From contig JBHGNT010000014.1 of the NCBI GenBank assembly GCA_043228905.1, forward strand, positions 11,160,001 to 11,224,000: a stretch of 64,000 nucleotides of DNA, in the 5' to 3' direction. The translations under genes were made by a program, and so were the position numbers. Shown in pieces: positions 1 through 10,876 of this stretch. The notes below the pieces were generated by a model, which was not told where the DNA came from, searched no databases, and saw only the letters and a list, made by a program, of their open reading frames with translations. Source of the DNA: Azolla caroliniana (Eukaryota > Plantae > Polypodiophyta). Position 1 is the first letter of the stretch; every line of letters begins with the position of its first letter.

Positions 1-139
1 ACTTTGGTGAGAAGGCCAGAGTGAGTGTTGTTGAATTTTTGGTGGTCTATGATGTAATTGTTTGCTAACTCCCCACCTCATTTACAACAAAAGTATCCAC
101 AACTCCTATAACGTAGTAATTTGTACTATCTATACATAG

Positions 140-1552
140 TTATAGCACCTGGGCACTGATGGAAGCCATCGGGGGAAACAACCATCGGGGTGCTTGGTAG
201 TTCCACTCAGGCCCTGATGATGATCTGCCCACCATAGGAGAACTACCCCATTTCAGTAGGAACTTTGGCCGAGCTCTTTCAGCTGCATCAAATTCCCCCT
301 TAATCGAGTCGTACCGCCCTGCAACCAAGATACTAGCTCGAACAAGATATTTAACAACACCTCACCGCTAGGGATCTTTTGCTGTTGAAAAACAAACTTA
401 CAACGCCTGGTCCAAATGTGCCAGACCGATAAACAAGCCACCATTATCCATATCTCTTCAAAAAATTCTAAGTTAGTGCCAAGTCGAACTCCAACACGTT
501 GAAACACCTTACCACCTTGCACTATAAATCCATGACCATGAGGGTTTAACTCTTTAGCCTAACCTTCCCCTGTTAACTTCAGCCCTTGTACAGACCCCCA
601 TACCACTCTCCCATTCACTCTGCATGTTGCCACTATCCTGAGACTTCTATCCCAAATGTTAATAGCCTCTCCGCAATTCCAAAAACAGTGAGGAATTGAT
701 TCCAAAGGGTGTCCACATATCTTGCAACCAGCCTCACCACCACGACACCTGAGCCACTCCCCCACTGGTACCGCTTTATGACTAAGACGCCACAACCAAA
801 GCTTTATTTTTTCTAGCATATCGAATGCCCATAGTCTCCTCCAAAACGACTTCAACAAGTCGTCAGAAATGCCTTTATCCTTCCAACTATTGCGAAGTAG
901 AGTAGCACCCATAGATTTGGAGCCAATGATTTGCCTTCCTAACTTAGTAGTGTACTTGAAAAACCGTTGCACTTTGTCTGTTCCTGGTTTCTGCCACCAC
1001 ACCTCTAGTGGGTCCCAATCCAACTCACATACGAGCTTGTTGTCAACTATCCAAAGCTTACAATCAGATTCCAGCTTCCCTGGGTCCGGGTTTACTTGCC
1101 ACTTCTTACCTTCCAACACTGCCAACCACTAGTCATTGTCTGCCAAAGCAGTTAGGTTGCCCCACAAACGATACGATGGGCACCTGCCCCAGATAATTTG
1201 TGCATCGCCCTCACCTACAAACCACCCAAACCAGACCCCCTCTTCTTCATTCAACCTAGCTAAACCATCAACAACCTTATCTATCAAACATGTCACCTTT
1301 TCCAGCTTGCTAATAAACCTAGTACTACCAACTAGACCCTCCCTTCTTTTCCTTTTGAAAACCTCTAGTCTCTTATTAAACTAACATTGTACCCTACCAT
1401 TTGTCCCCATGGAAAGTATTTTTTCTGGCCAAGCATCATACCGTCATTGCTTCTAATTCTGGGGTTCCAAAAACAGTGGTTGACGGAGCTGTTCCTCCAT
1501 CGTTTTTGGTTGCATTAAGACCAACCCCTCTCTTAAACTTGACTAGGCCCTC
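140..1552 (-). mobile_element. L1-type LINE remnant (3' part of ORF2, zf-RVT region)
   Basis: Minus-strand ORFs 559-1125 (FWRRLW..KIKLWLWRLSHKAVPV..CKICGHPLESIPHCFWNC, zf-RVT-like) and 253-522 (VWHIWTRRCKFVF) are typical of the plant L1 ORF2 C-terminus. Interrupted by stops. Confidence 0.75.
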
Positions 1553-2608
1553 TGTTGAGAATCAAGCTCAACTTGGTCTAGTGTGTGAACTCACCTTGAG
1601 AGTGAATAGACACTCCAACGGTCAAGAATCACCATTATGTCAACACTTTGTATTCTAGTATTTAGTATGAGTCATAGAATCATATTCTATGACACATAAC
1701 TTATGAGCTTTCACATTCCCCATGCTCCATGAGTCTTGTAGTTAATGAAGAGGGAGGGTGACTATATAAAGCACCCTCCTCCCACCTTGTAGAATGTTGT
1801 GTCCTTCTCCTTTGTTAATATATTTTTACCTTGCGTATTCTCTGTGTCTTACTCCTTGTCTCTCTCTCTCTCACACACACTCTCTCTCTCATACACACAC
1901 AATTCATATCTATTCCGCTGCATAGAATCAATCTCTTGATTCTTTACATGGTATCAGAGCGATTTGGTAGCTCCATCTAGCCCATCCGCGTGTTTTGAGC
2001 TCTACGTCGACGTTCAAGAAGAACCGGCTCATCGCTATCATAGCTTCGCTACATAGCTCGCATTTGAAGAGAGAAGAAGAAGAAGAAGAATCGACATAAT
2101 GAATACTCAAATGGGGAGCGCTCTCCCTACCGAGAAGTTGGATCGAAACAACTTCGCATCTTGGGAGTACAAGATGCACCAATACCTTGTCGAACAAGGC
2201 TATTGGAGCTACATCAAAGGAGAGCACGAAGACCGACCCGCCGAAGTGGCTCCCGGATACGCGACATGGGAGCAAGCCGCAAGCCGCGTGATGTATTGCT
2301 TGGCAACATGTGTTCACGATCACATGCTCGGCTACATTCGCGAAGCCAAGGCGCCGAAGGAGGCATGGGAAAATCTACGAAAGATTTTCGCGACGAACAC
2401 AACCGCAAGAAGGCTTCAACTCTACCAAGAGTTAAACAACATTCAACTAAGGAACATGTCCATCACGACATACACCTTGAAGACCAAGGAGCTTTACGAC
2501 TCACTCGGCTCGATAAGCGTAAATATCGATGATGATGAGATGGTGCAAATATGCCTTGGTGGCCTCGCACCACAGTTCGGCGTGATGTGAACCGCCGTTC
2601 TAGCACGG
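1553..2608 (+). mobile_element. Ty1/Copia element C1: 5' LTR (1553-1948), PBS and gag, truncated by Gypsy G1 insertion
   Basis: LTR TGTTGAGA...TTACA, then PBS TGGTATCAGAGC (tRNA-iMet) at 1949-1960 and gag ORF 2099-2590. LTR start and gag match the element at 19110-23223. Confidence 0.85.
2099..2590 (+). pseudogene. Copia gag (UBN2-type) fragment
   Basis: EKLDRNNFASWEYKMHQYL...AKAPKEAWENLRKIF motifs. Premature stop just before the insertion. Confidence 0.8.
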
Positions 2609-3162
2609 TGTCATGCCTTTCGGCTCCAAATCGTTGCGTGAATCAGGTGGGAACCACTGAGGTTTTTGGACTAGGAGAAAAGAAAATTCTAAGGCAATTA
2701 AGAATATGAAATATATTGTAAGAAAGAAAGATATGAAAAACTCGTGAATCCCACGAGTATAGTGTATTAGTGATTACTCAGATTAAGAGAGAAAAAATAG
2801 TTAGCAAATTCATGAATCCCACGATTATATTATATTAATCCACCCTTGTAAAATAAGCAACAACCCCCATACATCTTTCTCTCCTCCTTATATAAGGATG
2901 GAAGAGGCTAAGCATAGCTTCATGCTTTTTCTAAAGTGTTCATGCACACTAAATGTGCATGAGTTGCCTTTTTACACTATGCTTTTATTTCCTAAATATA
3001 GTGCTCATGCTCACTAGATGTGCACGAGTCATTTTTTATTGGTGTACATTTTTCTTATAAATAAAGTATTCACGCATTCTAAAAAATGCATGACTTACCT
3101 TTTAATAAAGGTAAGCGTAAATAAAGGTCTTATGCATATTAAATCTATATTTAAAACACTTA

Positions 3163-3251
3163 GGATAAGTTAGTACAATGGTAAGGTTGGGGTTTGTCTA
3201 TGTGGAGGTATAGGGTTTGAATCTTGCCCTATGCATGTAATAAATATTTTT
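3163..3251 (+). ncRNA. tRNA-derived Pol III-like unit in G1 LTR (antisense to the element)
   Basis: A-box TAGTACAATGG 3171-3181, B-box-like GGTTTGAATCT 3214-3224, T5 at 3247-3251. Confidence 0.5.
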
Positions 3252-3393
3252 AATATTTTATTTTATTTATTATACATACTTTAAATCGGATATAGTATTT
3301 TACATATTTCACGTAGTGTGTGATTCACACTACGACACTCGCCCCCTCCGAACCCACACATCCTCTGGTATGTGCCGAAGTCCCTGATACTTG

Positions 3394-5103
3394 CTATTCA
3401 CCTTCATCCAAAGCTTCCTCCGATTCTCCCCTTAAGTCGACTATGAGTTGTAATCCACTTTCTTCGCTTTCCACATCACCGCGTTCTTCATCTGATTGCT
3501 CCTCCTTGTCGGTCTTATCTAGGATCACATAGGATTCTTCATCAATCCTCTTCTTGAAAATCTTCACCCGTTTCCCGGCTATAGGCACTCGTAGCATCGT
3601 TCCATCCAACTCGCATAGTCGGTAAGTTCTGTTGTCGAAAACTTTCCGAACCTCGTATGGCCCGAACCACCTTTTCGCGAACTTCTGCATCGTTGTATGT
3701 TGATGATCCAAACTACTGTCGTAGACAATCACCCAATCTCCTTCTTCAATCTTCCGCGGTCGTAGTCGGTGGTTTGTGTCGAACCGGCTTTTATTCCGGA
3801 ATCGCGCTTCTTGTTGTCGGCGTATTGCTTCCGCTATGTCTTCCGGTCTTCCCTCTAGTTGTCGTTTCCGGACCGCTAGTAGTTCTTCCCGACTCATCTC
3901 TTCCTTCCATGGTAGCACTGTCCATGTCGCGATTGCGGTTTCCGTTGGCATTACCGGTGCTTGTCCGGTCATGAGTTTTGCGTAACCGGTTATGGAGCTA
4001 TGCGTCGTCCGATCTGCCCATAGTGCATACGGAAGCATCTGCGGCCAATCCTTCACCCTTCCATCGCATGCCTTCGCAAGTGCTTTAACGATCGGACTAT
4101 GTCCTCGTTCGATCTTCCCGTTGGCTTCCAGATTGTATGTCGTTGTCAGTGTTAACCAAACTCCATGTTTGGTGAAGAATTCCTTAGCTTTATCAGAGTC
4201 GAGTTCTCCCCGATCCGCAATCACTTGTCCTACGCACCCGTACCTGCAAAACACCTCCTCCAAAAGAAATTGGCACACTATAGAACACGTTTTCCTTCGT
4301 AACGCCCGACCTTCTACTTGGTTTGTGAGATCTTCCCGAGCTAACACTAAGTACTTCTTTTGTCCGATTCTGGTTGGCATGGCTACAATATCGACCATCC
4401 ATTTGAAGTTGATTGTTGGTGAGAATGTCAGATGTAACTCATCTTGGTGTCGAACTCCGGAGCAGATTTGACACTTCTCGCAGCTTTCCGTGAACTCCGC
4501 TATATCTTTGTACATGTTCTTCCACCAATATTTTTGTTTGATTTTCACAAAAGTTGCCCACGTTCCTCGATGTCCAGCCCAATTGGATTCATGAAATTCG
4601 GACATTATCCGGTTTCGTTGCTCTTTCGTCCCGACTACCCGAAGTGGTATGCCATCCGGTCTTTTCAGCTCCCTCCATATTAATCCATTTTTCAAGAAGA
4701 ACTTTCGGACTTGCCGCTTCTTACTTCGGATCTCGGCTCTCTTCTCTTTATTGTCCGATGATTCCTCGATTTCTTGTAGCACTTTCCCGATCAACAAGCT
4801 TTCTCCCTCATATTCTTCTTCCCGGAATTCTCGGATTACGTTCATCTGGCATATGTGCTCCGAAGCAAAGTAGTCTTCGGAAACTTCTTCATTATCGGAT
4901 TCGGTTATGTTATCTCCGAACCGCGCCCTTGATAGCATATCCGCTACCGCGTTGTCTTTTCCGGAGTTGTGTCGTACCTCCAGATTAAGCGACTTAACAT
5001 ATGCAATCCATCTTAGCATAGCCACATCCGGTATCGTGCAACACCGCATCATCCTGAGTATTGGAAGACAATCCGTTTCGATCACTACTTCGGCTCTGAT
5101 CAA
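3394..5103 (-). CDS. Gypsy RNase H C-terminus plus integrase (569 aa open frame)
   Basis: HHCC zinc finger (H..WAGH...CEKCQ), catalytic core (VDIV..ADRGE..NGKIERGH) and GPY/F motif (RWFGPYEV). Confidence 0.85.
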   Translation of the reverse strand: MIRAEVVIETDCLPILRMMRCCTIPDVAMLRWIAYVKSLNLEVRHNSGKDNAVADMLSRARFGDNITESDNEEVSEDYFASEHICQMNVIREFREEEYEGESLLIGKVLQEIEESSDNKEKRAEIRSKKRQVRKFFLKNGLIWRELKRPDGIPLRVVGTKEQRNRIMSEFHESNWAGHRGTWATFVKIKQKYWWKNMYKDIAEFTESCEKCQICSGVRHQDELHLTFSPTINFKWMVDIVAMPTRIGQKKYLVLAREDLTNQVEGRALRRKTCSIVCQFLLEEVFCRYGCVGQVIADRGELDSDKAKEFFTKHGVWLTLTTTYNLEANGKIERGHSPIVKALAKACDGRVKDWPQMLPYALWADRTTHSSITGYAKLMTGQAPVMPTETAIATWTVLPWKEEMSREELLAVRKRQLEGRPEDIAEAIRRQQEARFRNKSRFDTNHRLRPRKIEEGDWVIVYDSSLDHQHTTMQKFAKRWFGPYEVRKVFDNRTYRLCELDGTMLRVPIAGKRVKIFKKRIDEESYVILDKTDKEEQSDEERGDVESEESGLQLIVDLRGESEEALDEGE

Positions 5104-5969
5104 ATAATCTCGATCAGATTTTATTCCCGATACGACTCCCCATAATTCTCTTTTGACTTGTGCATATCCACGTTGCCTTTCGTTGAGAACCTTTGCTCCG
5201 AATCAGATTGGATATCGCGAACCATCCGAGTCGGCTTGATTGATGACCCATCCGATTCCGGTTGGACTTGTGTCAACCGTTACTATGATCGGTCGGTCAT
5301 AGTTCGGCTTCTTTAGTGCTTTTGGCCTCCGTAGTGATTTCTTGAGCTTCTTCATGGCTTTGGTATGCTCTGGTTTCCATTCGAACTTCTTACCCTTCCG
5401 CAACAAGTGATAGAGTGGGTTCGCAATATGTGCATAGTGCGGAATCCATATATGATAGAACGCACATGCTCCAAGAAACCTTCGGACTTCGGATTATGAC
5501 TCGCATACTTCTTTCATAGCTTGAATCACATCGATCTTGGTTGGTGACGGTCTTCGGCCGTAGGGCCCACATAGATGTCCGACTACCAATATTTCTTCTT
5601 GCCCGAATGCCGATTTCTTACCGGAAAGTGTTAGGTGCACATCTTCTAATTTTCGAAGCACTTTCTCGCAATTATGAATATGGTCGACTATGAACTTTCG
5701 GCATCCCCGATCATCCATAGTTTCATCTTTTTCTTCTACCGCGGCGCATCCTTTCATTGGAATGTCATCTAGGAACGGTATCGTTATCTCCGGAATGCAG
5801 TCTCAAAGCACCTTGTTCATTGCATTCATCATATGTGCGATCGAGTTCGTCGCGCCTTGTGGTAGCGTACACATCTGTTGGGAGACAGGTCCCTTCGGAT
5901 GAGAAGGGAGAAGAACAGTGCCGATAAACAAACTCGGCCGAGAACGATAGGCCTCGGCCGAAACCGTAA

Positions 5970-6152
5970 GAGGAGTACCCGGCTACGGAGAGCCGGATGG
6001 TGCAGACCCGGTGTGAACCGGGTGAGGAGTACCGGGCTACGGAGAGCCGGATGGTGCAGATACGGAGTGCCGACGAACAATCTCGGCCGAAACCAGAAGA
6101 GGAGTACCCGGCTACGGAGAGCCGGATGGTGCAGACCCGGTGAGAACCGGAT
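5970..6152 (+). repeat. ~54-bp CCGG-rich tandem repeats in U3 of the C2 LTR
   Basis: Unit GAGGAGTACCCGGCTACGGAGAGCCGGATGGTGCAGACCCGG... three times. Four cleaner copies lie at 45841-46056. Confidence 0.85.
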
Positions 6153-6633
6153 GAAGAGACATATTCGTAAATATGTTTTCTGAGAGTTCATCGAGGCTAT
6201 ATTTGTAAATAGCCGAAAAGTCATATTAGTATAAATATGACTTAGGGCAAACTTTTAGAAGTGTTGTTGTCATTTTTCTGTTTTGCACGAGATTAGTGTG
6301 CGTAACTATACAGAGAGAGAGAGAGAGATTTAGAGGTCGTTGCCTCTGTTGTAATCGCCGCCTGTGGCGAAGATACGTGAGCACGAGGTCGGTGCCTCAG
6401 TGAACTCACTGTTGTATATTCCTACATAGTGACAGTTTGCGGCCTGTGGGCTGCCGTGGTTTTTCCCCTAGTTTGGGGTTTTCCACGTAAACCTCCTATG
6501 TATTCTCTTCTTCTTCTTGTCGTGTTTATTTCCCGTTCTCTGTGTATCATTCTAAGCTCGGTTGTGGCCGAGCGTTGTGCATAAGGAGCGTTGAGTTCCT
6601 AACAAGTGGTATCAGAGCGAAACGACACAGAAA

Positions 6634-9600
6634 ATGGACGAATCGTTTGGCGGCATGTTCAAGCTCACTGGCTCCAACTACTCAGTGTGGAAGTCGAAGA
6701 TGAGGGACATGCTCGTGGTTAAAGACCTCTGGCTGCCGGTTCAGTTCGGGGACAAGAGACCAGACAAAATCGACACCACGATATGGGAGGTGATGCACAT
6801 GAAGACAACGGCGTACATACGGTGCTTTATCGACATGAGCCTGTACAACAACTTCAATGAGGAGAGCAAGGCTCATGAGCTCTGGGAGAAGATCGGCATA
6901 ATGTTTCAGAACAAAAATGCTGTCAATCAGGTGTCGGTATTCCGGAAGCTAGTAAGACTCCGGTACCAAGATGGCTCCAGCATGGCGGAGCACATGAATG
7001 CCTTCCAGGGGCTGATCCACCAGGCAACTTCATTGGAAGTACCTCTCGCCGATGAGGTACTAGCACTACTCCTGCTCGGTTCCCTCCCGGATAGCTGGGA
7101 GACGTTGGTTGTCACTTTGGGCAACGCCGGGCCGGAAGGAAAACGGTTATCCCTAGCAAGAGTAAAGTCGAGCTTGCTAGATGAGGAGGCGCGTCGGAAA
7201 GATAAAGATACGAGCTCCAACTCCAAAGCGCTCATTACCGAATCGGAACGCGGAAGACATAGAAACCGTAGTCCCCAGAACCGGGAGAAGTCGGGGACAC
7301 GGTCAAAATCAAGGGGGAGGCCCACTTGCTTCTATTGCGGCAAGCCGAGACACTTCCAAAAGAACTGTCGGCATTTCCGAAAAGATAAGGAAACTGACGG
7401 TGCCGATTCGAAGCGGACCCCGGACCGGAACGGTAAAGACTGGAGGGGGCCGGACCGGAAGGGAACGACGGCAATCGCGGCAAGTGAAGAAGAGTTGATG
7501 CTCATCACCGAGGAGAGTGAGATAAACCTTGCCGGCGACGAGATGACCTGGGTGGTAGACTCCGGAGCATCGTTCCACCTTACCCCGGACCGGAAATGCT
7601 TCTCATCCTACTCAGCCGGTAACCACGGCTGTGTCCGGATGGGGAATGAAGGTACATGCCGAATTGTCGGCATAGAAGACGTGTGGCTGTCAACACCAAC
7701 CGAATGCAAGTTGCTGCTGAAGGATGTCCGACACGTTCCGGAGGTTCGTCTGAACCTGATATCAGCCGGTCGGCTAGATGATGAAGGCTACACGGGTAGC
7801 ATCCGGAACGGGGTCATGAAGTTCAACAAAGGGAGCCTGATTGTGGCTCGGGCCCGGAAGGTCAACACGTTGTACCTGATGAATGCCCGGTTATGTCCGG
7901 AAGAAGTGAACGTGGCATCCGACACTGCCGGTGAGCTGTGGCACAAGAGGTTGTGTCATATGAGCGAGAAGGGGATGAAGAGGCTTGTAGACGACAACCT
8001 CATTCCAGTGAAGAACGTGCACTTACAGAAGTGCACTGATTGTCTGGCCGGTAAGCAGAACCGAACCTCCTTCCGACCAAGGCCACCGATGAGACGTAAT
8101 GCACCACTGGAGTTGGTGCATACGGATGTGTGTTAGGTAGACACGAAGTCACATGCCGGAGCGCAGTACTTTGTGATGTTCATAGATGACCACAGCTGGA
8201 AGCTGTGGTCCACACCGTGGAAGATGAAGGATCAGGTGTTATCCGTCTTCAAAGAGCTCCACACGAGAGTGGAAAGAGAAACCGGCCGGAAGCTGAAGGC
8301 GGTTAGAGCAGATAACAGAGGAGAATACCGGGGGCAGTTCGAGGTGTACTGCCGCTCGAAGGGAATCCGGCTCGAATTTACCGTGCCAAAGACGCCAGAA
8401 CTAAACGGGCTGGCCGAGAGGATGAATCGGACCATAATGGAGAGGGTCCGGAGTATGCTAGCGCATGCAAAACTACCCAAGAAGTTTTGGGCTGAGGCAC
8501 TGTCGACGGCGACATATGTCGTAAACAGATCACCCTCAGTACCCTTGGACGGAGACACGCCACAGAGAGTATGGACCGGTAAGGAAGTATCCTACCGGCA
8601 TCTGAAGGTGTTCGGGTGTCTCGCGTACGTGCATGTAGCTAAGGACCGGAGAGGAAAGCTAGATCCAAAGACCCGGCCATGCATATTCCTCGGTTACGGT
8701 GACATTGAGTTCGGCTATCGAGTGTGGGACCCGATCGACAAGAAGGTATTCCGGAGTCGAGATATTATCTTCATGGAGGACAAGACGCTTGCCGACTGGG
8801 AGTCGGAGAAGAAGATAATGAACTCCGAGTCGACCGGTAAGGATCGACTCTACGATGAGCAGACCCAATCGGCAAGAGACCGGTTAGCACTCGAAGAACC
8901 AGCCGGATATGGTGAGGATACCGAACCGGCAGAAAAAGAAGTAGAGGAAGCTGAGACCGGAACCGGCCAAGACCCTGAATCGGATTCGGATTAAGAGCAA
9001 ATGGAGGAGCCGGCTACCGAAGCCCAAAGACGGAGATATCCTCTCAGAGAGAGAAGGGCCCCCTGGAGATTTCCGGATGCAGAGCATGTTCTGCTGACCG
9101 ATGAGGGGGAGCCGGAAAGCTTCGAAGAAGCGAAGGAAGACACCCACAGCCGAAAATGGTTAAGTGCCATGCAGGATGAGATGGATTCCCTGCTTGAGAA
9201 CCATACGTACGAATTGGTGGAGTTGCCGAAAGGAAAGCGGGCACTCTGAAACAAGTGGGTGTACAAGTTGAAACCGGGAGATGTCGACAACCCCCCGAGA
9301 TACAAAGCCAGGATCGTGGTGAAGGGGTTCCAGCAGAAGAAGGGCGTGGACTTCGACGAGATATTTGCCCCAGTAGTAAAGATGACCTCCATCCGGACGG
9401 TGCTGAGTATAGCAGCAAGCATGGACCTCGAGGTAGAGCAGCTGGACGTGAAGACGGCATTCCTTCACGGCGACCTCGAAGAGAAGATCTACATGCAGCA
9501 ACCGGAAGGATTCGTGGAGAAAGGGAAGGAGCACCTGGTATGCCGGTTGAAGAAGAGCTTGTACGGACTGAAGCAGGCTCCCCGACAATGGTACCGGAAG

Positions 9601-10128
9601 TTCGACTCCTTCATGACTGATCAAGGGTACCACAAGACGCAGGCCGATCACTGCGTGTTTGTGAAGAAGTTTGAAGGAGGGGACTTCCTGATACTCCTTC
9701 TGTACGTGGATGACATGCTTATCGTCGGACGTGACCAAGTCAAAATACGGATGCTGAAGAAGGCTCTCAACCGGACCTTCTCAATGAAAGACTTGGGTCC
9801 GGCAAGACAGATGCTGGGGATGCACATCATTCGGGACTGGTCACAGGAGAAGTACGTGACAAAGGTGCTTCACCGGTTCAACATGTCAGAAGCGAAACCG
9901 GTCGGATCGACACTTCCGGCAAATTGCAGGCTATCCGGCAAGCAAAGCCCTAAGACAAAAGCAGAGAAGGTGGATGTGATGAAGATTCCATATGCCTCTG
10001 CCGTAGGGAGCTTGATGTACGCAATGGTTTGTACTCGACCGGATATAGGATACGCAGTCGGAGTGATGAGCTGGTTCATGAGTAATCCCGGCAAGGAGCA
10101 CTGGAACGCGGTCAAATGGATACTCCGG
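6634..10128 (+). pseudogene. Copia gag-pol with premature stops (~8134, ~8992, ~9247)
   Basis: CFYCGKPRHFQKNC knuckle, WVVDSGASFH protease, LWHKRLCH, NGLAERMNRT integrase, QLDVKTAFLHG and YVDD RT motifs. Confidence 0.9.
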
Positions 10129-10858
10129 TGTCGTAGTGTATTTCGTACACTACGTGAAAAAGTAAAAATAATATAACTGATTTAATTACATATTAATAAA
10201 TAAAATAAGAATATCAAGATATTTATCACGTGCATAGGGCAAGATTCTAACCTTGTACCTCCACGTAGCCAAACCTCAACTTTACCATTATGCTACCTTA
10301 TCTTTAGTATTTTACAAATAGATTTAATAACTATAAGTGCTTTATTTGCACCTACCTTTATTAAAAGGTAAATCATGCATTTTTAGAGTGCGTGAATATT
10401 TTATAGAAAAACGCAAGCAACTAAAAAGTGACTCATGCACATCTAGCGTGCATGAGCACTATATTTAGCAAATAAAAGCAAGGATTAAGAAAGCATCACA
10501 TGCACATTTAGTGTGCATGAACATATTAGAAAAAAAAGCATGTAGCTATGCTTAGTCTCTCCCATCACTATATAAGGATGGGGAGCACATTGTAGTTTTT
10601 GTTGATTATTTTTCTATAATGATCAATCAATCTAAAATATTCGTGGGATTCACGAATTTGGTAAAATAATTCTCTCTTACTACCTAAATATTGACTAAAT
10701 ATACTAAACTCGTGGGATTCACGAGATTCTTATCTTATAACTCTTTATACCTATTCTTTACTAGCCTTATTTGTATTTTTCTTTTCTCCTAGTCCAAAAC
10801 CCCGGCGGTTCCCACCCGACTCACACAAACGATCCGGAGCCGAAAGGCACGACACAGT

Positions 10859-10876
10859 TGGTGAACCCGACGTGAA
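10859..10876 (+). promoter_or_regulatory. Primer-binding site complementary to tRNA-Trp 3' end
   Basis: TGGTGAACCCGACGTGAA, 4 nt after the LTR CA. It is the reverse complement of ...TTCACGTCGGGTTCACCA (plant tRNA-Trp as recalled). Confidence 0.8.

Larger units (their letters stand above)
2609..5875 (-). mobile_element. Ty3/Gypsy element G1 (autonomous type, non-chromovirus-like): 3' LTR 2609-3337, PPT, integrase, RNase H, partial RT
   Basis: LTR reads TGTCGTAG...GGCATGACA on the minus strand, preceded by PPT GGGTTCGGAGGGGGCGAG. RT (FLDD), RH (VDTSPTGIG) and INT follow in Gypsy order. Interrupted at 5876 by Copia C2. Confidence 0.9.
5876..10128 (+). mobile_element. Ty1/Copia element C2 (Tnt1/Tork-like): 5' LTR 5876-6604, PBS, gag-pol, truncated in RT by G1n insertion
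   Basis: TGTTGG...CTAACA LTR, PBS TGGTATCAGAGC 6607-6618, domains in Gag-PR-INT-RT order. Confidence 0.92.
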
